DNA of 62,080 nt, counting the filler, from Dirinaria sp. TL-2023a (Eukaryota): the NCBI GenBank assembly GCA_051941275.1. It is 10 parts of 10 records of this genome, joined end to end, with 100 filler letters (N's around TTAATTAATTAA, not from the genome) between each part and the next. Parts side by side here need not be neighbours in the genome. Positions count along the whole stretch, not along the records: positions 18,698 to 24,818 come from JAVEBF010001532.1; positions 24,919 to 31,035 come from JAVEBF010001533.1; positions 31,136 to 37,250 come from JAVEBF010001534.1; 7 more parts are not named here. One strand, 5' to 3'. The notes beneath the pieces were generated by a model. The model searched no databases, had not been told where the DNA came from, and saw nothing but the letters and a program-made list of their open reading frames with translations. Shown here in pieces: positions 24,101 to 35,626 of this stretch. The translations under genes were made by a program, and so were the position numbers. Numbering within the stretch: the stretch's first letter is position 1; the number at the start of each line of letters is the position of its first letter.

Positions 24101-24918
24101 CTAGCTGAAACCAAATTAACTCATCCAGTAACGAACCCCCCTCGGGAATATGTAGACCATTTTGGCTCATAAAGAACCTCTTAACAAGCAACAGTACCCT
24201 GGACGTCGAATGATCAAAGAACTGAAGCCACGGGGGAAAAAAGAAAATCTCTACGAGTCTCCTATCCAAAAGCGGTGACTCAGACTCAATGATACCTTTC
24301 ACAAGAAATCCTATCTTAGACGAAGCCAAAACACCAATAAGATGCAATCCTCTATTGAAAGAAAAACGAGGAAAAGTTTTCCAGCTAACAGACGAACATC
24401 AAAGTATCTCCAAAGTAGCCTCAATAATGCCGAAGTTCAAGAAGAAAAAGAAGTCGCAATCACAATCAATACTGAGCTCTAGAACGTAAGAAGAAGAGAA
24501 CAAAGTCTAAGAAATATCCTAGGCTGTCATTCAGCTTATATAGAAAGACCACTCATAAGATACCAAAGGGATAGATGAATCTTTACATTTGAATCAGTGA
24601 AAGGTCGAGAAATTACTTTTCTACCTCTGACGTCCGTGCTCTTCTTCCATTTCGCAATTTCTACTAGTTCAATCATCATATAATACCCTCCCTCAGAAAA
24701 CGAAAAACAATCAACTAAAAAATAACAATAAACCCATTCAAAGCCCAAATTTCCAAACCCCAACCCCTATTCCTTTCCCATTTCCTTCGCTCCAGCTCCA
24801 TCTACAGCTGTCAATACCNNNNNNNNNNNNNNNNNNNNNNNNNNNNNNNNNNNNNNNNNNNNTTAATTAATTAANNNNNNNNNNNNNNNNNNNNNNNNNN
24901 NNNNNNNNNNNNNNNNNN

Positions 24919-25671
24919 CACCCAAACCGTCGACCCACCCACACCGTCGCATATACTACATTCTATTATATCTCTGATTTAGACTTATACACTATGCTAT
25001 TTGCACTCACTATTATCTAGTCGCTTGTTGTGTTCTCTGACTACCTTTATCCAATTGCGAAAAAGCTCTTTTCATAATTTCAAACGCTCGTTTTATTATC
25101 TTTCTTTTCAACGTTCTTCTGCTGTCTTTGTTGTCTTTTACGCTTTTGCAAACTTATTCTTGACACGGTTCTTGTTTTTTTTGTGTACGATACTCATATA
25201 CAAAGAAATATAAATTGTTTTGAACGAAATTAAAAGCTCAATTGTGAGTTACTTAATGAGACTGTCGCGTAGAGTGTAATTGATTCTGTTTTTGAACATT
25301 TTAACAATAAATAGCATTTCAATCTGATTTAAACGTTTCATTTAATTAAATGTAATATACTCTTAAGCATCTGTAAGTGTGTCATTATTGATAAGTCGTT
25401 TTGAAAATGAAATATCTGCTCGTAATTTTTCGCGCAGAGTAGTAGATATAATTGAGTATGCAGCGATCATTTACAGAGCGCTAGAAAAATCATTACAATA
25501 GATATTCTTAATAATCTTAGCAATGACAGTCTCGCGAGTTTGACTTGATAAAGTCATGTTGTGCGTGTGCAATTAATGTGCAAAGTGAAAATGTGTATAC
25601 GCGACGGTGTGGGTGGGTAAACGGTGTGGGTGGGGACCCCTAGGAGCAGAGCGACTAGGGGGTGCGCCGGT
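24919..25671 (-). mobile_element. Non-autonomous, RIP-degraded pogo/Fot1 (Tc1-mariner) DNA transposon with internal deletion
   Basis: The contig starts inside one TIR (CACCCAAACCGTCGACCCACCCACACCGTCGC). The inverted copy lies within 25585-25671 and is followed by TA. The minus strand from ATG 25557 reads ...AL*MIAAYSIISTTLREKLR...LTDA*EYITFN*MKRLNQIEM..., i.e. degraded HTH_psq plus CENP-B HTH, then jumps to a basic C-terminus with no DDE domain. The interior is AT-rich. Confidence 0.88.
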
Positions 25672-26043
25672 TACCTGCATCTTATACTTTTTTGTAATCC
25701 AAGAGATAGCTCCTATTATAGGGGGTTTTCTTGCGTAAAGCGACTCATGGGCACCGTATTCTACAGTAAGTACTCAGCTGGACGCAAGATCAGAGTTCTG
25801 AATTGTTGCTACGTGCGTTTTGTGCTTTCTTGCATTTCTCACTCCTCTTTCAGCACGCTTCGTCAACGTGCCGCTGTCCCAAGCTCAATTTCACTTTCTT
25901 CTACTATGCCGTGATCTTTCAAGCCTCTAGATCAAGTAAGTGATGCTGAACATCATATCGGCGATTTGAATCTGCATCGATCTAGCCGTGTGTTGCGCTC
26001 TACTGTAAAGCTCGAGCTTTCTGTGCTTCGATAAGTCAAAGTT

Positions 26044-27447
26044 ATGAATCAGCGTGCATCAATATCACCAGGTATCCCAAAGGCAAGCCCTACAGCCTCA
26101 TGCTGGCAATATCCTCCGAGTGCAATATCGAGCCATCGCACCACAACCGATTTGCCAAACAAGGTGTCGATTGTAGTCATTGGTTCAGGGATCACAGGCG
26201 CAACCATTGCGTACACTCTTTGCAGCCAGTCTTTCAATTCGGTGTTGATGCTCGAAGCGCGTACTGCCTGCTCCGGCGCAACAGGAAGGAATGGAGGCCA
26301 CACCAAATGTGCCTCGTACAGGTCGTTCATGGACAACGTACGGGCGCACGGCGAAGAAGAAGCAGCTAGGATAGCGAAGTTTGAATATAATTGTATGCGA
26401 GCCGTACATGCTTTTTCAAAAGACCATCAAATCCAATGCGACAGTTGGCAAGGCGACACGGTTGATGTTATCTATGATGAAGATCAATGGTCACGCGCAA
26501 AAGCTGCAGTATCCCAGTTGAGGAAGGTTTTGGGTGCGCAGCATCCGGCTACGAAATACACGTTCTGGAATGCGGCTGAAGCGGAGAGTCATTTTCTGGC
26601 GAAAGGAGCCCTTGGTGCATTATCATACGAAGCTGGTAGTCTGAGCGCTTACAAATTTGTTTGTGGGATTTTGATGTTGGCTCTTCAAGAAGGATTAAAT
26701 CTGCAGACCGAGACACCAGCGCTAAGGGTCAGTAGATCATCTGGATCGCAGCGGGCCTGGATTGTCGATACCCCAAGAGGCAGTGTGGAGGCCGAAAAGG
26801 TCGTAATGGCTACGAATGGCTATACGGCGTATTTGTACCCCCCCGTTCAGGGCATTATTGTGCCATTAAGAGGGCATATGACGGCACAGAATTATGGGCA
26901 GGCAATGCCTAAAGACTCTTTACCTAACACTTACTCATTCATATATGCTGATGGCTATGAGTATATGGTACCACAGTCGAAAGGTTATATGATGATCGGT
27001 GGTGGCTTGACCATGGGGCCGAACGAGGGCCTGCTTGAATTCGGAACGACAGACGACACGATAAAGGATTCCGTCATCACAGATTACTTGCACAACTGTA
27101 CAGAAAGATACTTCGGGTCAAATTGGGGCGAAGATCATCCTGACGGGAGAGTTCATATGGCATGGACCGGTATCATGGGCTATTCAGCTGATGGCTTCCC
27201 ACTTGTTGGACCCGTACCGGATGAGCAAAATCTATACATTGCAGCATCGTTCCAAGGGTTGGGCATGGTGTTGTGTTTCCACTCAGCTATCGCGCTTGTC
27301 AGCATGCTAAACGAGAAAGAGGAAACCAGCCTCAATGAATGGTTTCCTCGGAGCTTCCGTATGTCGAAAGACCGGTTGAAGACAAAATTCCGAGGTCGCC
27401 TCCATACGAAAGCTCCAATGGAGTTGGAAGCCCAGAGTCAGCTTTGA
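26044..27447 (+). CDS. FAD-dependent oxidoreductase (DAO / PuuB-OrdL-like family)
   Basis: Intronless 467 aa with IVVIGSGITG, LEARTACSGATGRNGGH, VVMATNGYT and WTGIMGYSADGFPLVG. Confidence 0.92.
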   Translation: MNQRASISPGIPKASPTASCWQYPPSAISSHRTTTDLPNKVSIVVIGSGITGATIAYTLCSQSFNSVLMLEARTACSGATGRNGGHTKCASYRSFMDNVRAHGEEEAARIAKFEYNCMRAVHAFSKDHQIQCDSWQGDTVDVIYDEDQWSRAKAAVSQLRKVLGAQHPATKYTFWNAAEAESHFLAKGALGALSYEAGSLSAYKFVCGILMLALQEGLNLQTETPALRVSRSSGSQRAWIVDTPRGSVEAEKVVMATNGYTAYLYPPVQGIIVPLRGHMTAQNYGQAMPKDSLPNTYSFIYADGYEYMVPQSKGYMMIGGGLTMGPNEGLLEFGTTDDTIKDSVITDYLHNCTERYFGSNWGEDHPDGRVHMAWTGIMGYSADGFPLVGPVPDEQNLYIAASFQGLGMVLCFHSAIALVSMLNEKEETSLNEWFPRSFRMSKDRLKTKFRGRLHTKAPMELEAQSQL

Positions 27448-28094
27448 ATGCTGATTATCTCTGCGCTGAATGTTAGTCTGTATACTTACTCCGACCTCAC
27501 GATGGTGACGACTCCCAGTTATGATGATCGAAATGAAGCCGTTTCAAATAAGTCAGATGAATGCTGAGATGCTGGGTCAGTTCTTCTTATTCCATAAGAA
27601 AATTTGCGCCTCCCGCATTTACTCGATGTGCAAGCTGATACCTTCATTCATTGCCTGTACCTCGTCAACATCCGCGGGCTTAAGTTCTCAGGGCACGCCT
27701 TGTAACATCACTGGCACTTGATCCGTGAAATCTGACGAATTGACAATATGATGATGCTATCGCTGACATACGCGACATAACAGAAGTCAGAACAGGCTCA
27801 CCAGGCCTAACGAGTCTTGAGGTGTTAAGCAACAAGAAACTTAAATGGGGCTCTGCTCTAACGCAGCCTCTTTGAAGGACTATAGGCTCCCACCACGGAA
27901 ATTGCTCATCTTCTCCTGTACTATCGTCACTTCTAGTTATCATTCCCAAGTTTCCCTGACTCGGAGTCTAAATGTCTGCTGCAATACCCATTTCCTAAGT
28001 TTACCTCTGAACTTTCAGCAGCTTTCCAACAGCTCCTTTTAGTGCTCGCAAGCATCACTCCCCCGTCCTTGGCAGTCGCCAATGGGTAATCCAG

Positions 28095-30437
28095 TCAGTT
28101 GACTGCTTTGTCCATGTATTTGAAAAATTTGTTTCTGGCTACTGTTAGATCTCTACAAACAGGTTATGCTGAATACCTTACCTCGGAGGTATCGGCACGT
28201 AGTTCCTTGTGTATTCCTCGATCTCGTCGAGATCTTTGACCAAATCTACTTCTCCAGCCTTCAGCCATCTGGTGCGTTTGACAATCTTCCACCCAATGAA
28301 TAGCACAGGAAACACTCCGACCATCGTGTACGAGAAGAGGAAAGTCGGAACGTTCCAGTTACCAGGCAGAAAGACAGTGTATCCTCCAACAAATGTCATG
28401 ATAAAAGTCCCTGTAAGCGCATACCAGGCGACGAAAGGCTGACCCCAGCCTTTGTATGGCAGCGAGTCTCGAGAAAGGCTCTGGGCTTGACATGCCTTCA
28501 TGAATCGGATAAATGTGAACGACATCACAGAAAAGTTGATGAGTTGCGAGGCGGTGATCTGGGAAGCACGACCATATCAATTAACGTGACATATATCAGA
28601 TAGGGCACTTACCAGGTTAACGAACCATTGAAGTACAACGGCGGACCCGCTGCTAACTTGCAAAAAGCTCAAGAGGCTGATCAGCAATACTAGAATCACG
28701 GCATATATCGGAACACCATTCCTTGTGCATCTGGTAAAGATCCGAGGCGCTTTTCCTTCTAATGCCAGCCCGAACAGACTGCGGCTTGCGCAATAAACGT
28801 AGCTATTACCTGCGCTGAAAGATGCTCCGAGGACCATGGCATTGACTATATCTGGCAATATCCCGATCTTAAGCCTATTCATGGCAACAACATATGGGCT
28901 AGCGGCTGCTCCGGGCAGGTCATTCGTGTAGGCGTCCGACAATTCTTGATCGTTGTAGGGTACGTTGATTCCCACGGCTAGGCTGCCCAGAACAAAGAAC
29001 GCCATCAACCGCCCAAAAACCTGCTTGTACGCCTTTGGCATGACCACTCTTGGATTCTCTGCTTCTCCAGCTGCCATGCTGACATAGTCAGGTCCTGCTA
29101 CTGTAAAACTTGCCTGGATCAAACATTGGAGAAATCCAAGAAAGCGACCAAGTGATCCAGCCTTATACAGCTCAGTGAATGCTCCCGGATCCCGCCAGTA
29201 CCGAAAGCCGAATCTATCGTGCAACGGGTTTCCGCCAAGCATTGTGATGAAGGTGTAGGCAATGAGACCGATGATGAGAAGTACTTTTCCTATTGCAAGC
29301 CAAAATTCGGATTCGCCATACCATTTGACGGCGAAGACGTTTATCGCTCTGGAGGACAGGGTTAGCGATGTTAAACATTTAGCTTTGACCTGCAAAGGTG
29401 ACTCTGTACCCATATAGCACGGTGATGATAGCAATTATCCCGCCGGTTGGTACTATGTCACTCCAGTAATGGATGATCAGGTTGCAAGCAACGATTTCGA
29501 ACGGCACGAGGAAAGCCTCAAAAACAAAGAAGTTATAGCCAGCGGCGACCCCAAAGGCTTCGTCAACGTATCGTCCAGCAAAACGGATGAAGGGAGACGA
29601 TATCGGCAGGTAGGTCACCATCTCCGCCATGCCTACGACTTCATGATCAGCCCCAAGTGCAAAGAGGATAGTCGTAAGAGTAAGAAGATGAGGTTGGCCC
29701 GCGAAAACCGCGCAAAGCTGAGTCTAGTCACATTTGCTCTCGTATTGTACACATTCTAGACGACGATTGGGCGCTTGAACAATTCACACCTTCACACACT
29801 TCTAAAAGAAAGGGGCAGTTGGCACATACAGATTGTGACGGCCAATATAAATGTACACCTATTTCACCATGTCGAGTAAGATGCATGTGGTGAACCCAGA
29901 CGATTTTAGCTACCCTCAGTGTCCAGCTCCTTTTCTTACGACCTTCACTACATACCGCCTCAAGGGTCTTGGATTCTGAAGGAGCAATAGCAAGGGGACT
30001 CACCAGAATGTGAAAGCGATGAATAGCGACCCCGGCCCACCCTGGATTGTCGTTGGTTTTGCCTTTCCCTTCTTCATCCCAGATTGACTCACCTGAATAA
30101 GTCCATGGCCTGGCCTCTTAAGTTAGCGAAGATGCTTAGAGGGGCTTTATCAAGACCTGCCAATCTGAACAAACAGAGCAGTCCCTATAGTTCTAGTAGT
30201 CCGTTAGCGTCAATGCGTCTCACATTGGCAATCGTGCTGCTTATACCCTCCTATACCGATCAACTGAATATGCCTAGGTTTCAGTTTCCTATGGGTGTAG
30301 TCATGAACCGGCTTGAGGGAGTCTTCACTGCGGGTACAAGGCATTGGAGGCTGCGCTTCCGACTTGACTCCGTACGAATCCGCTGCCTCTTCCTTTGAAA
30401 ATTTCTCGAGGGGTACGTCTACGCTTGTCGATGCCAT
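28095..30437 (-). CDS. Amino-acid permease (APC superfamily, yeast amino acid transporter family; Agp2/proline-permease-like)
   Basis: Multi-exon gene reading LKPRHIQLIGIGG|TIGTALFVQIG|HGLIQ|GGPGSLFIAF, AEMVTYLPISSPF, VKWYGESEFW, RFGFRYWRDPGAF, AAGEAENPR, SPYVVAM and SRSLFGLALEGKAP. The last exon ends KAVN* at 28095. Confidence 0.93.
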
Positions 30438-32227
30438 GGTTCACTCGGGAGCAGGTGGCCCTCGGCTTCGATTCCAAAGTACACTCGATTAGAGGAAAGA
30501 GACGCGGGACGAGTGGAGGAGTATTCACTCGCCAACGGCTTGTCACAGTCACACGAGTGTATATCCTGCTGCACTTGTAGTACTGCAAGTTCTGCGAGAA
30601 CGGAGATACGGAACTAATGGAAGCTTCGGATGAAAGCTGTGAGCTGTCCCATGGGCCTTCGCATATGTACTCCCCATGTTTCCCGTGGCATACCTACCTT
30701 TAGGTGGCTGCGTATGCTGCAGCTAGCGGGGCAAACTGACCCTCGCCCACGGCAGCAATTGACGTTTGGCATGTCTGTGGAAAGCTTGACGACATCTTGC
30801 ATCTGACGTACATGTGACCAACCCTAAATACGATGCGAACCCTAAGGTAAGACATGATACCGGCTGGAGCTCTCGAAGAAATACGACCTCACACAGTATC
30901 ATGCAGTAATTATAACAGCGATCAACAACAACAGTTTCCCTTGATCCAAAAATATAATCCAGAATCCAACCTGGAAAACCACCCAAGAATGGCCTCATCG
31001 ACCAGCAAATCACCAACCCAACCCCAACCTCAAACNNNNNNNNNNNNNNNNNNNNNNNNNNNNNNNNNNNNNNNNNNNNTTAATTAATTAANNNNNNNNN
31101 NNNNNNNNNNNNNNNNNNNNNNNNNNNNNNNNNNNCCCCCCCCCCCCCCCCCCCCAACCCCCCCCACCACAACCGTCGTGTAAGAGCTTACCAGCAAGGG
31201 CATCTGCAGAGACCGCGAGACTTCGCATCATCATACTACGGATCCTGTACCAATCTGTAATAACAGACCTGAAGAATTGATGCTCTGGGTAATTGAAAGT
31301 GATGTCGACCCACGTGTTCTAGCAAAGGAGCTTTTATAACAGGCAGGTAACTGTCAAGGCGACGGAACTCCTTGATGAAATGAAGGGGGGGGCCAATATA
31401 TAAGTTGCAAGGTGGCCATCTGCTGTTCCTTTCCATCTTCTTAGCATCATCTTCGCGAGATTGAGATGGGTTGTAGATTGGAAACGCCCAAACACTTCAT
31501 ATTCTCGTTGAACAGATAGGTGCTGTCGCAGTCGGCATCGTGGTAGTCCTGAAAACCCTTGCGGATCCCTCCCAGCGTTTTCATTAGTCGTTGATTTGGC
31601 TTCGTTCAGGTTCCTGTCTGCCATACTGGCGGCGAGAGTGCTCTATGATGCCGGTTTGGCACAGACATGGTGCATCATATGTACGTATACATTCATGGGG
31701 AGCCAGATGCATCAGTCAATCGGTTTTACCATTTCAAGATCTTTCTCACTACCACGATTGACTCAATCGTAACGTTCGCTTCGTTTTATTTGAGTTCTGT
31801 TTGATTTCTGCAAAAAGTCAAATTCTGACGTGGGCTATTGCCGAGACGCAAGGACTGCTGGGTTTAACCACATATACACTGTTATGGCTCCTTACATACT
31901 AATAACTTGGGACGGCGACCGGAAATTTATGCACACGGGGCCTGCTAAACAGGCAACTTGAAAGGAATGGGTTGTATTAGTCTACTGCTTGCGGTTGGCC
32001 AGGCTTTCGTGATAAACTTCCGGGGCGTCCTTCCTCCGGTTAGAATTCCGATTGTGTCGTGCTGCATCCACAGTAACACCTTCTGCGTAACTCTTCCTGT
32101 CGATCATAAATAGTATGGCAGTGAAACCTCTGATGCAACTCGCACGGGTCTTGGCTTGCTAGAAATTGTATACTTAGAGCTTAGTGCATAAGGCATCATA
32201 TCAGTGGTCTGGACGGAGTATCCCGTT

Positions 32228-34835
32228 TTATTGGTTGGCGGGACACTTTTCCAGACTCTCTAGAGCGTTTTCAAACTCCTGATCAGAACCTTCCGTGTCA
32301 CTTTTGTCGATACCTTCTATGATATCTTGTAAATTAGGTACCATAGGCGAGAGAAGTCCAGACTCCATGAGTTTCTCTGAATTTTGTCTCACAGGTGGTC
32401 TTCGCTGGACAACAATTAGAAGGTCTTCGAAAGCTTGGCTCAAATCATCAGTAGCATCGGGTCGTGCGTTAAGTCGGGTCCGAAAATCACCGAGAATATA
32501 ATCGTTGTCATATTTCAAACTCAGATGATCGGTAGCTGCGAGGATAGCCATTGTTTCCAGATCACCGTATAGAGCGCATATTTGGAGCAGGTTAGGACCT
32601 TTGAGGCGGGGACATTCGCTGTATTCGAACCAACGGTCGAGAAGAAGCTGCAGAACATTATGGCTGTTGTAAGCTATGGCTGTGGTAAGAGGGGTCTCGC
32701 CCGTTACGGATGTGGCGTTAATGTTTGCACCAGCTTCGAGCAACAAGAAGGCGAAACTTGCGTTATCCCTTCTTGCCGAGTGTATCAGGGCGGTCATACC
32801 ATCAACGCCACAAGACTCCTTGTCAGCTCTGAAATCGAGAAGTGTTTTGAGTATCAGAGGGTTTTTCGCATTTCGGGCAGCGACATTGAGGGGGTTGCCG
32901 ACTTTGTGTCCATGTGCTGCAGCAATATCCGGATCGGCTCCTGCTTCCAACAGAAGTCGCACGCAAGTAACATAATTTCTGTCCGCAGCGTGACCAACAA
33001 TACCCGAATACTGGACGTCAATTGTATTGACCTTAGCTCTATGCTGCAGCAGAGTGACGATGGCCCTCTCGTCACCTCTACAGGCTGCCCATGCGAGGGG
33101 AGTCCGACCCATCACGTCTGGGGTATTTATCTCCTCTGGCCGACGAAGGATCTCCTCTTCGAGGTCAAGCAAAGAGAGCCCAAGGACGATTTTATGAAGA
33201 ATAGTGTAATTTTGCTCATCGACAAAGTCACTCTCCTGTGTCACACATCTAAGCGCCTCTTCATCTTTTTCCGAAAGGCCACCCATGAGCAGAAACTGAT
33301 TTGCTTTATGTCGCGGACTGTTGTCGCTAACCGCAATTGGTCTTAAGACTCAATCAACACAATGCATTGGGCCATAGAGGGAGCTGCTCACCGGTAGTCA
33401 ACATCCGCTCCAGCATGTACTAGGAATTTGCAAGTTTGGTACTGCTTGCCGTACATTGCCCACTGTTCCAATTATCATCATACAACCTCGACACAATGCA
33501 GCTTCGAAGCTTACCCTCAGTAAAGAGTACCCGCGGGTGTTGCTTACATCCCTCGGTGATGCTAATCCCCTCCTGAACAGCCCTTTCAATCCCTCAATAT
33601 TGCCGTTTAGGGCGAAATGGACACATTGTGCACTGTCGGCAACCCTTCTCAACGATCTCAGCTCGAACTGAGGCCCAACATTTGGTTCATAGGCTACTTT
33701 TAGCTGCAAGATCTGTGACCAGACGAAGCTCATTGGGAACCAGTACTCAAAGCTGACAGCTGGAGACTGAGCCTTCTCACAAGTCCTTGTATCACATTTT
33801 GCGCCCAGAAGCGGTAGGCCAGCATATCCCACAAATATCTGCCCGACAATTCTGTCTAATAGGCCCGGTGTGGCAGCTTTGGAAGGCTTATGACACGCGC
33901 ATGGACAACCGGCGCGACAAGTTGAATATTGAGACACACGAACGCCTACGGCTCGTGAGCCTTCACTCTTCGAAGCTGGCGGTGCCGGCCCAGACATGCG
34001 TGGCTCGCGCCTCGGTGACGGTGATCGATGTCTGTAGAAAGGCCCCATCTGGCTGAATTGATCTGCTTGAAGCTGCATCGACTGATCCTTGAGCAATTGT
34101 TCCACGCTGCTAATTCTCTGGTCGACTCGCTGGTAGACCATTGCGAGTGAGTCTTCCAACGATTCATGATGACGGACGAGACTCGTTTCAAGGTCTTTTC
34201 GCATGATATCCCGGTCTTGAACCGATTGCGAGGTGACTGTCGAGATCGTTTGCAGGTCAAGGCGTATGCGCATCATGTCATTCCTTTTTGCCAGTCAGCA
34301 AACATTCAATTTGCAGGCCTCCCTGTTCTTTTCGGGATCCCTTTCCCTATCATGAACCACAGTCATGTTCGGAAATCTCCATCACTAAGGAAATGGGAGT
34401 GATTTACGAGTTCGAAGCTCCGAGCATGATGTTCAAGCTGCATTTGACCGTTCTGATATCATCTTGCAACTCGTGCAGCTTTGGTTGGTCTTTCCGCCAT
34501 GCGTGGACATTGAGAAGTGGGATCTTCGTTTCCTGACATATTTTGCACAGCTTTTGGACGATAGTTCTTAGCTCTCCCAGCTTGGTCTGCGCCTGCTTCA
34601 TCAGCTGCGGAATGTGCCATTGTTGATCTCGAAGGATGGGATGATCGGCGCGCCGTTCGACGAGTGAAGCAACTTGACGCAACACCAGTTCGAGGTCAGA
34701 TACTTCGTTGCTCAAAGCATGAAGTCTTCCGGGTAAAGTCTTGCACGACAGGCGGAGATCATTGAAAACACTAGCAGTCTTGGCTGCGAGGCTGGCGACT
34801 GCAATGACACTTGCTGCTACCGAAAGAGGGTCCAT
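32228..34835 (-). CDS. HeLo-like / fungal STAND N-terminal domain plus ankyrin-repeat protein, no NACHT/NB-ARC
   Basis: Three main exons. The N-terminus is MDPLSVAASVIAVASLAAK...LHALSNEVSDLELVL, followed by a coiled coil, a CRAGCPCACH cluster and ankyrin repeats (GRTPLAWAA, GNPLNVAA, GMTALIHSA, GETPLTTAI). Confidence 0.85.
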
Positions 34836-35626
34836 CCCTAACCCTTGCGACAAGCAAGACCAACATCAGATGAACGGAACAACAAATGAAGTGCTCGACG
34901 CTCAGACGAACTAGCGAAGGACGACGATTCTGATGTTGAGGACGTTCGAGCTATGTATCATAATGAGGCTAAGGGAGCGGGCGCCCGGGCAGGGACTAAA
35001 ATAGGTTTCAGTGGAGAGCCGCCGATCAGTACGGCCTCGCGCCAGCAGCATACCGTCAACTCTCACCCGACTGGTTGATTAGTTCTTATCACAGTGATGC
35101 TATGCAAGTATGCAGCCACCCGTGCAAACAGAGCGCGTCCTGATCGAATCTTGAAACGCTTAGACCTGGCGCGCCGTTGGAGACTATGATAATCTGGCAT
35201 GATCAACATAGCACTCTAAAGCCTTCAATACGATTCTCGGTCCCGATATTTGTTTGGTGCGACATATTCAGCGACAGAAGAAATTGGTGCTCGATGCGAG
35301 ATCGCCGCTATCGTAGCCGTACTGTACTAGCCGGACTACTCTCTAGACTGTATCTACTAAGCATCACTTACTAGGTGGGTGCATGTTCGGCCCGCTGCGT
35401 CCTTCGCTTTGCCCTCTGGCTGCATAGGACCTACTATGATGTGGATATTAACGAGGCACTTTATTCTTAGCCGGCTAAAGTTTGCTTGTGCTTGCTTGCA
35501 GACTTCCAATATTTATACCCCGATTAGCTCTGGTTGGACGTTCATCTATTCCTGGTGGATATCGAAAAAGGGTCCAAGAGCCCTGTGAGAGTCTGATTAT
35601 GGTAAAAAGCTGTAACGTACTCGACC

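Noticed and set aside
31236..31624. Overlapping short minus-strand ORFs suggesting a frameshifted gene
   Set aside because: No family motif is recognisable and the contig edge truncates it.
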